NCBI GenBank assembly: GCA_964424195.1
Contig: CAYRHT010000002.1
Location: 144,120 to 208,119 of the forward strand
Length of the DNA: 64,000 bases
From: an uncultured Gammaproteobacteria bacterium
Lineage (GTDB): Bacteria > Patescibacteriota > Patescibacteriia > UBA1558 > S5-K13
Reading direction: 5' to 3'
Shown here piece by piece: positions 47,826-57,848 of this stretch; position 1 is the first letter of the stretch; each line of letters starts with the position of its first letter. A program made the position numbers and the translations under genes. The notes beneath the pieces are model-generated. The model did no database searches. It was not told the origin of the DNA and was given only the letters and a program-made list of their open reading frames with translations.

Positions 47826-49328
47826 TTATTTGTATTCAAACATTTCATGTTTTAAAGCTACCTTCTGACCTAAGTCTAAACGAGAATCAGAATTAGCATA
47901 CAAAGTAACTAGGAGGTCTCCAGTTTCTACTTTGTCACCAGCTTCGACATGGAAGTATAGTCCAGCTTCTTTAATTCTAGGATTTCCTAAAGCTCGAGCT
48001 AATTCAAATATTCTTTTGTTGTGAATCAAGCCAATTGTTCCAGATTGAGCTGCTCGATATTCATAAGTCTTGTCACCTGGCTTTAAATCACTAGATTTAA
48101 TATTTTCATTACCACCTTGATTTTTAACAATTTCTTTAAATTTAGCATATGCTTTACCGTTTAAAAGAGTTTCCTTGGCTAGGTCATATCCTTTACCAAC
48201 CTTAGCTTTTCCTACTCCTTCTAGTAATACTCCAGCCATTTTCAAAGCATCTTCTTCTAATTGAAGTGATCTCTTTGGATCTTGTTCGTAGACCATTAAG
48301 AACTCTTTACATTCTAAAATTGGACCAACAGCATTACCATCCATGTCAGGAGTTTCTCTTTTGTAAACAATCACTTTAATATCGAATTCTTTACCTAGAG
48401 TTTCAAATTTAGTTTTAACTTCATCAAATTCTTCTTCAGTAATTTTAGCTCCCTTACCAACTGGAACATCAAAGATGACAGTATTAACTCCCTGAGCTAT
48501 TTTTTTAGCTAAAATACTAGATACAAACTTATCAATTGATTCAATACCAATTGCTTTTTGAATTTTAATAATCTCATCATCTGCTGGTGCTAAGTCTAAT
48601 CCTCCGCCCCAGACCATAAATGCTCCGGATTTTTCAATCATCGCTTCTAATTGTTCTTTCTTGAAAGACATTGGCATAATTACTTCTAACATATCAGTTG
48701 TAGCACTAGCACTAGTAATAGCTCTAGTTGAGGTATTAGGAACAATAATTCCATTAGCAGCTATGATTGGAACAACAATTGGAGTAATTCCTTTACCAGC
48801 TACTCCACCAATAGAATGTTTGTCGGCAGTAATACCGGTAAATTTTAATACTTCACCAGTTAAAGCTAAAGCTTTAGTCATATGTTTAATCTCTTGATCA
48901 TTAAATCCAGGAGAATAACCACTGGCAATAAAAAGAGTTTTAAAAATCTTTGATAGATGACCACTAGCAATGTCAGAGATGATAACATAGAGGTCTTCAT
49001 AGCTTAATTCTTCCCCAGCTAATTTCTTCTTAATAGCTTCAATAGCTTCTGACTTATTAAATAACTTAAGTTCTACGACAGCATCATCTTCAATACCATA
49101 TTTTTGCCAAATGTCTTCGTAGATACCAATTTGTCCTTCATTAACAAAGTCATTAGTAGTGTCTATTACCACAATAATTGGTTTTTCAACATTATCAATT
49201 TTTAATTCTACTCGATCACCTCTATTTAAACCAACGCCATATTGTTCAGCATCTTTGTCATTGATTAAACAGATTAAATTATCACCAGAAGTGATATCAA
49301 GTTTTTTAGCTTTTAAAAAGTCAGACAT
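47826..49328 (-). CDS. AMP phosphorylase / thymidine phosphorylase-family nucleoside phosphorylase with N-terminal extension (500 aa)
   Basis: Pyrimidine-nucleoside phosphorylase core (SIGGVAGKGITPIVVPIIAANG...TSTRAITSASATTD) plus about 100-aa N-terminal domain as in archaeal AMP phosphorylases. Confidence 0.8.
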   Translation of the reverse strand: MSDFLKAKKLDITSGDNLICLINDKDAEQYGVGLNRGDRVELKIDNVEKPIIVVIDTTNDFVNEGQIGIYEDIWQKYGIEDDAVVELKLFNKSEAIEAIKKKLAGEELSYEDLYVIISDIASGHLSKIFKTLFIASGYSPGFNDQEIKHMTKALALTGEVLKFTGITADKHSIGGVAGKGITPIVVPIIAANGIIVPNTSTRAITSASATTDMLEVIMPMSFKKEQLEAMIEKSGAFMVWGGGLDLAPADDEIIKIQKAIGIESIDKFVSSILAKKIAQGVNTVIFDVPVGKGAKITEEEFDEVKTKFETLGKEFDIKVIVYKRETPDMDGNAVGPILECKEFLMVYEQDPKRSLQLEEDALKMAGVLLEGVGKAKVGKGYDLAKETLLNGKAYAKFKEIVKNQGGNENIKSSDLKPGDKTYEYRAAQSGTIGLIHNKRIFELARALGNPRIKEAGLYFHVEAGDKVETGDLLVTLYANSDSRLDLGQKVALKHEMFEYK

Positions 49329-49450
49329 ATATATTTTATTTAGTTTTTAATATGATTTAATCATATATTATAGTCATAAAAAGTCAAAATTTAAGAAATA
49401 AAAAACGAGCCTAGATTTCTCTAAGCTCGTATATTGCAATCTTAACTAAA

Positions 49451-52400
49451 TTACTTAGTTAAGATCATTTTTTTCACTTCACTGTAACTATCAGAAGTTA
49501 ATTTGTAGAAATAAACTCCGGAAGATACAGCATTGTTGTTTTGATCAGTTCCGTTCCATGTTACCGTATGTGAACCGGCATCAATTTGCCCATCCACGAG
49601 TGTTGTAACTTTCTGACCTTTGATGTTAAAGATTGCTAATTCAGTATTGCCTTTCTTAGCAGTACTAAACTGGATTGTTGTTGACGGATTGAAAGGATTT
49701 GGGAAGTTTCCGAGAAGCTGTGTTTTAGCTCCCGGAATTTGTTCGGGATCCGCAGAAACAGAAGTCAAATTGGTATTAACAGCTTCAATTTGTAATTCTT
49801 CTAATCCTTCCGGTAATTCAAATTCAAATAAATTACGATTTTGACTTTGAATGATTTGAGGGACTTCAATATCAAGATTTTCAATGTTTGAAAAGTATTG
49901 GATTCCTCGTTCTGTTTGAATTCCAAATGCACTCCAAGGCTCATCATTAACCCATCCAGAGACTAGAACAGTATTTCCTTCTGTCTCAATCGTTAGATTA
50001 TTTCCCTCTTGATTAGATACGAACGATAATTGAGTCGGATTGTATGTGAAAGGTTCTCCGACCTGATAACCGTAATCGTAACCTTGTAACGACGCATTCA
50101 AAATCCAGTAATCAATAATTGTTGCTTGACTTAATCCCGATAGTATTCCTCTGGATAAATTGATTTCTCCTTGAGGATTATACATAGTTCCGGTTAAGTT
50201 AACATGATTTGATATTACTAGGTGTTGCCCTAAGAGATATAAATCGTATTCATCAACATCTTCTCCACCTTCACTAATGTTACCTCGACTTCCATCATTG
50301 GTGATAAAGAGCTGAGAACCATATAATGATCTTCTTTCTTGGATACCTTCATAGTCAATTAAGGATTCATCAAAACTACGAAGTTCAATCACTGTTTCAG
50401 AGTCATTAAAGAATTGAAGATTCATTAATCTGACATTAGTAACTCCAGGAAAACAATCTTTTGTCCAAAGCATTTCAGCTAATGGACCACCTCTTTCCAT
50501 TTCCGGAATACTTAAATCATCAAATTCAGATGCCCACTCAGGAATTTTTGACCTACCTCTTTCCCAATCTGGAGTAACAATAGAGCCATTTACTTCTAAT
50601 TCTTGATTGTAAGTAACCCAAATTGAATCAGGTTTATTGTAACAACCAATGTAATTATGAGCTCCCATTATTATATACTCCGGGGAATTCCAATGAATTT
50701 CTTGAAGAATAATGTTGACATCACCTTTTTGACCTAGTAGAAGATATTTGTCACCTTCATGCCAGAAATTTCTATTAGTGACTCTTACTTCGGTTAGAGG
50801 ATAATCATCGTTGATTTCTCCTTCATTAAGTGTTGTAAATTGATAATAATTTCCATTATTATCATCGATAGTAACGTTTCCGGCTTCATCCGTGGCCTCT
50901 AAGTAGTAGTTATAAGTAGTTGCTGAATCAAGTAATAATCTTTGATTTCCATTGTGATAAGGATAAGTATCAAAAACATGATCTTTGGCATAATAGATGG
51001 GACTATAACCAATAAAATATTCATTAATTTCAACATAAGTAGTGTCTAAATCAAGAAACATTTTCATATTTGTATATTCATCTGTTTCACAGGTCATCAT
51101 ATAGCTACGAGAAGTTACTAAACTATCGGATACATTAGAAATTATTGGAGGAAAAGTATCTTCTAAAGTTGTAAAAGAGTCTTCCATAATAGTTTCATTT
51201 CCGGAAAGATCTCGCAATGTTAATTCATAAGTATAGGTTTCTCCAGGAGGTAATTCATTTAATTCAAAACCATCACTTTCATTATGTGCTGGATTAAGAA
51301 TATTGTAAATTATCCCACCATTTTGATTTCTGACTATACACCAATATCTACAAGGTTCATTAGCTTCCCAATAGATCGAGACTGTACTGTAATCATTTTC
51401 ATTAAAAACAACTCCATAATCAATTATTTCCGGAGGTGTAGTATCAGGATCACCAGTGGTTGTAACTCCGAATCCTGACTCCGTTGAATTTTCATTTTGA
51501 TTAGTAGAAGTTAGCGTACAGTAATGAGTTTCTCCTGAAAGCAAACCATAAACATTAAATTCTGTAGAATCAGAATATCCAATGGTTCCATACCAAGCAG
51601 GATAACCATTTCCATCATCAACAACCAGTTGATAAGTGCATGCTTCATTAGCATTCACTGATACTGCAAACGATGAATCTGTAATAGTATGAACAAGAAC
51701 ATCAATTTCTGGAGGTGTTAGATATTCTACTATGTCCATCGGATTTCCTCGAACAGGATATACACCCAAAATTTGATCTTCCGATAGTGCAATGTTGTTT
51801 TGGTCTTTTACATAGAAATTTGAACCAGAATTAACTTCAATACCTACTATTTGTCCTGATGCATTGAGATTGATATCTCCTACAATGGATAATGGTTTCA
51901 TGTCTTGATCAAGAATATTTAGAAAATATCCACCTCCATTTCCAGGATTTTCTAACATTGTCCAATTTCCGGTAAAATCATCAGCTACAGCTACTAGTGT
52001 ACTATCGAAATAAGCTCTGATGTTATTGATAGTGCCATCATACCCTAATTGATATTGATGAAGTGGAAATTCATACAATTTGAGATCTCCATATAGAGCT
52101 GTCAGATCAAATCTTGCAAGTTCAACATTGTTTTGTCCGGCCATAAGCGTAGAGCTTTCCGGTGTTTCTGCACTTAATCCAATTTGTAAGGTTGGTCTAA
52201 CGATAGTAAAGATAGGCCCTCTCAAGGGAAATTCTCCAACTACTAAACCACTCGATAGAATAATATCGTCCAAAGATTCAATCTCAAACTGTATAAGATC
52301 ACCGAATATTGGATATTGTACTACATCAGTTCTGACACCGAAAACATTGTTGCCTGCGGATAGACCTACGTTATTACAAGTATGTTTTCCGGTAGTGTCA

Positions 52401-52678
52401 TTAAACTGTATATCCCAGGTAGTTCCAGTGTCGGGACTGTAAAGATGAATATCTTCGGAACTTAGAAAAGAAAATGAAATTGGTGTTAGATTTAATTCGA
52501 CCATCTCATCTTCTATTTGAGAATAAACCTCGAAAATATACACAGTGTTATTCTGAGTATCAGCACGTAATACTCCATCTTCAAGCTCACCTAATGAATA
52601 TTCAGCTTGTCCAAACAAACTTCCTACAGCAACCATAAAGATTGCCATAACTAATACGACTAATGTTGATTTTTTCAT
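49451..52678 (-). CDS. Large secreted protein (1075 aa) with FN3-like/Ig-like regions and T9SS-type C-terminal sorting domain
   Basis: Signal peptide; C-terminal NFPNPFNPSTTI...SGVYFYKL...KKMIL domain near-identical to that of 18912..21140. Confidence 0.7.
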   Translation of the reverse strand: MKKSTLVVLVMAIFMVAVGSLFGQAEYSLGELEDGVLRADTQNNTVYIFEVYSQIEDEMVELNLTPISFSFLSSEDIHLYSPDTGTTWDIQFNDTTGKHTCNNVGLSAGNNVFGVRTDVVQYPIFGDLIQFEIESLDDIILSSGLVVGEFPLRGPIFTIVRPTLQIGLSAETPESSTLMAGQNNVELARFDLTALYGDLKLYEFPLHQYQLGYDGTINNIRAYFDSTLVAVADDFTGNWTMLENPGNGGGYFLNILDQDMKPLSIVGDINLNASGQIVGIEVNSGSNFYVKDQNNIALSEDQILGVYPVRGNPMDIVEYLTPPEIDVLVHTITDSSFAVSVNANEACTYQLVVDDGNGYPAWYGTIGYSDSTEFNVYGLLSGETHYCTLTSTNQNENSTESGFGVTTTGDPDTTPPEIIDYGVVFNENDYSTVSIYWEANEPCRYWCIVRNQNGGIIYNILNPAHNESDGFELNELPPGETYTYELTLRDLSGNETIMEDSFTTLEDTFPPIISNVSDSLVTSRSYMMTCETDEYTNMKMFLDLDTTYVEINEYFIGYSPIYYAKDHVFDTYPYHNGNQRLLLDSATTYNYYLEATDEAGNVTIDDNNGNYYQFTTLNEGEINDDYPLTEVRVTNRNFWHEGDKYLLLGQKGDVNIILQEIHWNSPEYIIMGAHNYIGCYNKPDSIWVTYNQELEVNGSIVTPDWERGRSKIPEWASEFDDLSIPEMERGGPLAEMLWTKDCFPGVTNVRLMNLQFFNDSETVIELRSFDESLIDYEGIQERRSLYGSQLFITNDGSRGNISEGGEDVDEYDLYLLGQHLVISNHVNLTGTMYNPQGEINLSRGILSGLSQATIIDYWILNASLQGYDYGYQVGEPFTYNPTQLSFVSNQEGNNLTIETEGNTVLVSGWVNDEPWSAFGIQTERGIQYFSNIENLDIEVPQIIQSQNRNLFEFELPEGLEELQIEAVNTNLTSVSADPEQIPGAKTQLLGNFPNPFNPSTTIQFSTAKKGNTELAIFNIKGQKVTTLVDGQIDAGSHTVTWNGTDQNNNAVSSGVYFYKLTSDSYSEVKKMILTK

Positions 52679-52870
52679 TTCTACTCCTTTTAGGATATCT
52701 GCTTTGACAGATATGTTTAATCCACATTTGGATCCTATTTTTTTTGGTTAACGTTTCAATTATTACTTCTATTTCTTACCATTTATATATACATTACTAA
52801 ATTATAAAGTAATGAGGCTTTCAAAGAACGAAAATTGATACAATTAAGTTAATCTTAAAAGTATCATATT

Positions 52871-52899
52871 AATATAGCATATATTGTAGAGAATGTCAA
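52871..52899 (-). promoter_or_regulatory. Consensus promoter TTGACA-N17-TATATT (minus) with about 190-nt leader, upstream of 49451..52678
   Basis: Same promoter element and leader motifs as at 21276..21304. Confidence 0.5.
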
Positions 52900-52952
52900 A
52901 TAAAAAAACAAGCTCAGAATTCTCCGAGCTTGTATGTTTTATCCTGTAAGGA

Positions 52953-54650
52953 CTACTTTAAAAGTATCATTTTCTTTGTAGAAGTATATCTTCCACCATG
53001 TTTCATCTTGTAAAGATAAACTCCGGAAGCTACAGAATTACCGTTTTCATCATCTCCATTCCAAATTACTTCATGTAAACCAATATCAATTATTCCATTC
53101 ACTAAGGTTTTTACTTCCCGACCTTTAGCATTGAAAATAGTTAATTCAACTTTAATACCATCTTCTAAAACATTGTAGTTGATAGTAGTTGATGGATTGA
53201 AGGGATTTGGATAGTTTCCAAGAAGATTACTTGTAATTTCTACTATTTCTTCAGAATTAGAGTTTGCAGGTTCATATTCACAATAACCCATGTCTGGAGC
53301 ATCTCCATAGTAAAGAGGTATTTCATAATCTTCTTCATACCATGTTAAGAAATCAATTCCAGCATCAATGCAGGGAGAATTATCGGAAAGTTGGTAATGA
53401 TCATTGTCGGCATCAACAAATTGAGGATCTACTTCAATATTACCACCTTGATCAAGAGTGCCAGCTGTCCAGTTAGAGTCATGACCATAAATAGTAGAAT
53501 TGTAAACTTCAACATTCTCTTCTTCTGAACTACCTATTGATCGTCCAGTTTCATTAAAAACAATAATACAATTCAATAACAAGAGTCTCTCGGAAAAGAA
53601 CATACTAATTGTTGAACTAGGGTCGGTAGCTAAATATGGTCCGTTATGAGACATAGTGGTATTAATGATTGCACTTTCTGTAGTTTGCCAAGTATTTAAA
53701 GCTCCACCATTACCAGCAGTTATACCAGAATAATTATGATGGAATAGGCTATTTCTAATCAGGAAACTATACCTTGCAATATTCATTCCACCACCACCAC
53801 AGTTAATAGAATTGTTGTATTCAAAAATACAATTATTAACTTCAATATGATATACAACCGGATTTTCTCCATTAACATGTAAGCCCCCTCCAAAGTATCC
53901 AGCGGTATTATTCGAAAATAAATTATTTTCCAAATATGATAAAGAGTGATACAAAAAAGCCCCACCTCCGTCACTTGAATCTCCACAAGTATTTCCAGAG
54001 AATACACAGTCCTGAATATCAACATTACTTGATAGTTTAATATATAATCCACCTCCATTTGCTCCAGATGAATTATTAATGAATTCACTGGATCTGATAG
54101 TAGTATCACTATATTGAATGTAAGCGCCACCACCACCTTGAGAAGCTGAATTATTCATTATTTGACTATCTTCTATTAGAATAGTTGAATTATCACAATA
54201 AACTCCAGCGCCATTACTATTGTAAGTTTCAAAGTTATTATCTTTGATTAAACAATTCTCGATAATCACATTTTCACAATCTTCAATATGAATTCCGGTT
54301 CCATTATCTTCTATTCTTCCATTTTGGATAACTAAACCAGAAATTACGATATTAGATTCAAAAAGATATAAACATCTTCCATTTTGGTTTCCATCAATAA
54401 TAGTTTGAGAAATATAGCTAGTATCTTGAGTTGTGTAAAAAAGAGAAGCTAAAATTATCTCTTTATTATTGAATACGATATTATTCTCGTAGTAAGTTCC
54501 AGGTTGTACTAACACAGTATCCCCATCTGCTGAAGCATTAATTGCTTCTTGGATCATTACATAATCACTAGGGACGTTAATTGTTTCTGCGACCAAATTT
54601 CCAGCAATCATTAAGATTGCGACTAATACGACTAATCTTAATCCTTTCAT
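52953..54650 (-). CDS. Secreted parallel beta-helix (pectate-lyase-fold-like) protein with T9SS-type C-terminal domain (start re-assigned to MKGLRLVVLV...)
   Basis: AGGAGG RBS before the internal Met; signal peptide; beta-helix repeats; CTD NYPNPFNPSTTINYN...SGVYLYKM...KKMILLK. Confidence 0.7.
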   Translation of the reverse strand: MKGLRLVVLVAILMIAGNLVAETINVPSDYVMIQEAINASADGDTVLVQPGTYYENNIVFNNKEIILASLFYTTQDTSYISQTIIDGNQNGRCLYLFESNIVISGLVIQNGRIEDNGTGIHIEDCENVIIENCLIKDNNFETYNSNGAGVYCDNSTILIEDSQIMNNSASQGGGGAYIQYSDTTIRSSEFINNSSGANGGGLYIKLSSNVDIQDCVFSGNTCGDSSDGGGAFLYHSLSYLENNLFSNNTAGYFGGGLHVNGENPVVYHIEVNNCIFEYNNSINCGGGGMNIARYSFLIRNSLFHHNYSGITAGNGGALNTWQTTESAIINTTMSHNGPYLATDPSSTISMFFSERLLLLNCIIVFNETGRSIGSSEEENVEVYNSTIYGHDSNWTAGTLDQGGNIEVDPQFVDADNDHYQLSDNSPCIDAGIDFLTWYEEDYEIPLYYGDAPDMGYCEYEPANSNSEEIVEITSNLLGNYPNPFNPSTTINYNVLEDGIKVELTIFNAKGREVKTLVNGIIDIGLHEVIWNGDDENGNSVASGVYLYKMKHGGRYTSTKKMILLK

Positions 54651-54738
54651 TATTCCTCCTTGGTTTTTTAAAGAATTATAATTTTTCTCGGTTTTCAAAA
54701 AACAAAATTCGATACTTACGATACAAAGGTATCATGTC

Positions 54739-54767
54739 AATATAGGATATATTTTAAATAATGTCAA
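54739..54767 (-). promoter_or_regulatory. Consensus promoter TTGACA-N17-TATATT (minus) immediately after the stop of the MBL gene
   Basis: Third copy of the shared promoter element. Confidence 0.5.
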
Positions 54768-56111
54768 CTAAAATTCATATGTTTGTCCATATTCTGGAAT
54801 TGTAGTATCAATATCTGAAGATATATCATCGGCTAGTTTCTTGTTTTCTAAGTCCTCTCCATGCATAATGAAGACTTTTTGAAGCCCTTTTATCTTCCCT
54901 AACCAATTTAGTAGTTGATTATGGTCAGAATGAGTAGAAAAAGAGCCAGTTTTAGTTATCTGACAATTAACATCAACCATTTTGTCATGAATAATTACAT
55001 TCTTAGCTCCTTCAATCAATTCTCTTCCTAAAGTACCTTTAGCTTGATAGGACATGAATAAAACATGATTATTAGGATTATCTAGATTACGTTTAAGATG
55101 ATGAGGGATTCTTCCACCAGTACACATCCCACTAGAAGCCAGAATTATCTTAGGACCATGAACATGATTAATTTCCATTGATTCATCACGACTCTTAGTA
55201 AATTTTAAATTAGGAAAGTCAAAAATATCATCTCCCGAGTTAATTAAATACTCTGCTTCTTGATCATAGAGATTACTATGTTTTTGATATATCTCAGTAG
55301 CTCTAATTGCTAAAGGAGAATCAAAGAAAACTGGAATCTTAGGAATTATCTTGTTCTCTATAAGTTCATTAAGTTGATATAAAGCTTCTTGAGATCTTTC
55401 CATGGCAAAGACGGGCATAATTAAAGTTGCTTTTCTTTTAAAATTATCTAGAATAATTTCTTTAAATATCCGAGCTCCTTCTTCTTTAGATTCATGAAAT
55501 CTTCCACCATAGGTAGATTCTATAAAAAGAATGTCACCTTGTTTTACAAAGTCAGGATCTTTGATAATTGGAGCTGGTGGATTTCCTAGATCTCCAGAGA
55601 AAACTACTTTTTTCTCTACATCTTCATCATTAATCCAGATTTCAAAGATACTAGAACCTAAAATATGACCAGCATCTTGCATCCTTAAACTTATTTGTTC
55701 ATTAATTTCAATCTTTTGATAATAACTAAAAGCTTTAAAACTCTTAACTATCTTCTCAATATCTTTTTCTTCATAAAGAGGATTTTTTTCATCTTCTCGT
55801 TGGATCTTGATAGAATCTAAAAGAATTATTTCAGTTAAATCTTTAGTAGCAGTAGTAGCATATATTTTTCCTTTAAAACCTTCTTTAAATAATTTAGGTA
55901 AACGACCACAATGATCAACATGAGCATGAGTTAGTAATACAAAGTCTATTTCTTTGGGATTAAAATTAAATTCTTCATTATTCTTACTCTTAGAATCTGA
56001 ATGTCCTTGAAACATTCCACAATCTACTAGAAATTTGGAATTAGATGTTTCTACTAAAGTACAAGAACCAGTCACTTCTCGACAAGCTCCATGAAAAGAT
56101 GCTTTAATCAT
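54768..56111 (-). CDS. Metallo-beta-lactamase fold / beta-CASP ribonuclease
   Basis: HxHxDH motif (LLTHAHVDHCGRLP) and beta-CASP-like C-terminal region; 447 aa. Confidence 0.65.
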   Translation of the reverse strand: MIKASFHGACREVTGSCTLVETSNSKFLVDCGMFQGHSDSKSKNNEEFNFNPKEIDFVLLTHAHVDHCGRLPKLFKEGFKGKIYATTATKDLTEIILLDSIKIQREDEKNPLYEEKDIEKIVKSFKAFSYYQKIEINEQISLRMQDAGHILGSSIFEIWINDEDVEKKVVFSGDLGNPPAPIIKDPDFVKQGDILFIESTYGGRFHESKEEGARIFKEIILDNFKRKATLIMPVFAMERSQEALYQLNELIENKIIPKIPVFFDSPLAIRATEIYQKHSNLYDQEAEYLINSGDDIFDFPNLKFTKSRDESMEINHVHGPKIILASSGMCTGGRIPHHLKRNLDNPNNHVLFMSYQAKGTLGRELIEGAKNVIIHDKMVDVNCQITKTGSFSTHSDHNQLLNWLGKIKGLQKVFIMHGEDLENKKLADDISSDIDTTIPEYGQTYEF

Positions 56112-56202
56112 ATATTTTTATTAATTTATATCTTTATTATATCATCATCTAGAGTTTGTTTAAAATGAAGATTATTAGTATCATTAATACATTAACATTA
56201 AC

Positions 56203-56979
56203 ATGATTTATATGAAAAATATTGGAATATTTGGTTTTGGGAATATGGGAAAAGCTATATTTGAGTTATTAAAAAATGAAAAGGATTTTAGATTCTTTAT
56301 CAATTCTCTTAGGAAAGTAAAAGTATCTAAAGCTAAATGGAGGGATAGTTTAGAGGAGTTGATAAAAAGCTCAGATTTAATATTTATCTGCGTTAAACCG
56401 CAGAATTTTAGAGAATTAGAGGGTATAGAAGCTAAAAACAAGACTATTATTTCTATTATGGCTGGAATTACTCTACAAGAACTTAGTCAGAAGTTTAAAG
56501 GGGCTAAAGTTATTAGAACTATGCCTAATTTACCTCTTCAGATTGGAGAAGGAGTTATTGCTTGGTATTATCAAAAAGATAAATTTAAATCTAAAGAATC
56601 AAATATGATTAGAAAAATATTATCTTCTTTCGGTAAATTAGTTCTATTAAAGAAAGAAAATGATATTCATTCTCTAACAGCTATTGCTGGTTGTGGTCCA
56701 GCTTATGTATTTAGTTTTCTTAATGCTTTAATTAAATCAGCAATGGATTTAGGTTTCACAAAGAAAGAAGCTAAGCTAATTGTTGATGCTACCGTTAGTG
56801 GTTCATTGTATTATTATCGGAGTCAAGATTTAGAACCAGATGAATTAATTAAAATGATTAGTTCTAAGAAAGGAATAACTGAACAAGCATTAAAAGAATT
56901 AGATTTAAAGAAGTTTTACAATACTTGGGGAAGGGTTACTAAAAGAGCATATCAAAGGTCTAAGGAAATGGGTAGATAG
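56203..56979 (+). CDS. proC: Pyrroline-5-carboxylate reductase (true start probably the Met at 56212, MKNIGIFGFGNMG)
   Basis: N-terminal Rossmann GFGNMG and ProC dimerisation domain. Confidence 0.75.
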   Translation: MIYMKNIGIFGFGNMGKAIFELLKNEKDFRFFINSLRKVKVSKAKWRDSLEELIKSSDLIFICVKPQNFRELEGIEAKNKTIISIMAGITLQELSQKFKGAKVIRTMPNLPLQIGEGVIAWYYQKDKFKSKESNMIRKILSSFGKLVLLKKENDIHSLTAIAGCGPAYVFSFLNALIKSAMDLGFTKKEAKLIVDATVSGSLYYYRSQDLEPDELIKMISSKKGITEQALKELDLKKFYNTWGRVTKRAYQRSKEMGR

Positions 56980-56996
56980 AATTTAGGTAAAAAGAA

Positions 56997-57040
56997 AAAG
57001 CAGCGTATTCAATTTAGAATATACTGCTTTAAAAATTAAG
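56997..57040 (+). terminator. Imperfect hairpin plus T-run after proC
   Basis: GCAGCGTATTC...GAATATACTGC followed by TTTAAAAATT. Confidence 0.35.
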
Positions 57041-57105
57041 TTAGATTCTCGAGAGATTAGAACTCTCTTCTTTTGATTCTATGGTCATGTAAGAGATTCT
57101 AACTT
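57038..57105. other. Long-stem hairpin (13-bp stem AAGTTAGATTCTC/GAGATTCTAACTT, about 42-nt loop with internal GAGAG/CTCTC hairpin)
   Basis: Inverted repeat seen directly in sequence. Confidence 0.35.
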
Positions 57106-57366
57106 TAGGGTATGGCGTGGATAAATTTAAGTCCTACTATATTGCAGTAGTACAATCCTTAATATTATCCACACCATTTTACAAAGCCTTATTTTTCTTA
57201 TGAAATTAACAAGGCTTTAGACCAGCTTGGTGATTCAACTATTTCAGATCATCATCCGTGACTAGTCACTGGTCGGTTCGATTATCAAACTAGAGGCATT
57301 CAATTCATTTTCCGATGGTATAAGCATAAATGATTAAATGTTCATCTGAATAATCTAATTTTAAAT

Positions 57367-57442
57367 TGGCTACCCTGGGGGGATTTGAACTCCCGGCCTT
57401 ACCGTGAAACAGTAATACCTCTACCACTAAGGTTACAGGGCA
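57367..57442 (-). tRNA. tRNA-Glu (anticodon UUC), CCA encoded
   Basis: Anticodon loop GTTTCAC, T-arm GAGTTCAAATCC, 76 nt. Confidence 0.8.
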
Positions 57443-57450
57443 TTTAATAT

Positions 57451-57538
57451 TGGAGCGGGAAACGAGATTCGAACTCGCAACCTCTTGGAAGCAATCAACT
57501 TGTGCCGCCAAGCACTCTACCAATTGAGTTATTCCCGC
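57451..57538 (-). tRNA. tRNA-like gene with tRNA-Gly-type acceptor/D/T arms but a 19-nt anticodon loop (intron-containing or degenerate; anticodon undetermined)
   Basis: GCGGGAA acceptor, D-arm ACTC-AATTGGTA-GAGT, T-arm GCGAG-TTCGAAT-CTCGT, 3' TTCCCGC-T-CCA; CTTGG/CCAAG stem encloses CGGCACAAGTTGATTGCTT. Confidence 0.5.
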
Positions 57539-57678
57539 TATTAAAATCCAGATCTTATCTTCTCTTGATGTAATTCCTCCCCGTCTTGCGCTATATCGGG
57601 CTTATTGAAGATAAGATCTTTTAGATAACTTCGACCCTTTTAGATTTTAATTTCTCTAACAGGAGTTATCTGTGAATA

Positions 57679-57754
57679 TGGTGTGATCAGAAGGATTTGA
57701 ACCCACGACCTCAACCTTGCAAGGGTTGCGCTCTCCCAACTGAGCTATGATCAC
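57679..57754 (-). tRNA. tRNA-Ala (anticodon UGC), CCA encoded
   Basis: Anticodon loop CTTGCAA, D-arm GCTC-AGTTGGGA-GAGC, 76 nt. Confidence 0.8.
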
Positions 57755-57848
57755 TGTTATTTTTTCCTCGAGTCTTACCTATTTTATCTCTCCGATTTTC
57801 CTCGGCCTATAAAGGGAAGATAAGCCTCTGGTTTCCAATTTATAATTC

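Noticed and set aside
2707-54136. Short internal or antisense ORFs: 2707..2916, 3590..3829, 4623..4805, 12830..13051, 13385..13663, 19684..19875, 21010..21213, 36859..37041, 39267..39464, 45204..45449, 45551..45796, 48661..48897, 49159..49350, 49620..49844, 51284..51478, 52080..52442, 53264..53476, 53783..54136, 56208..56441, 59119..59340, 59462..59785, 62291..62506
   Set aside because: Each is nested inside or antisense to a long, well-supported CDS with recognisable homology; none has an RBS or conserved motif.
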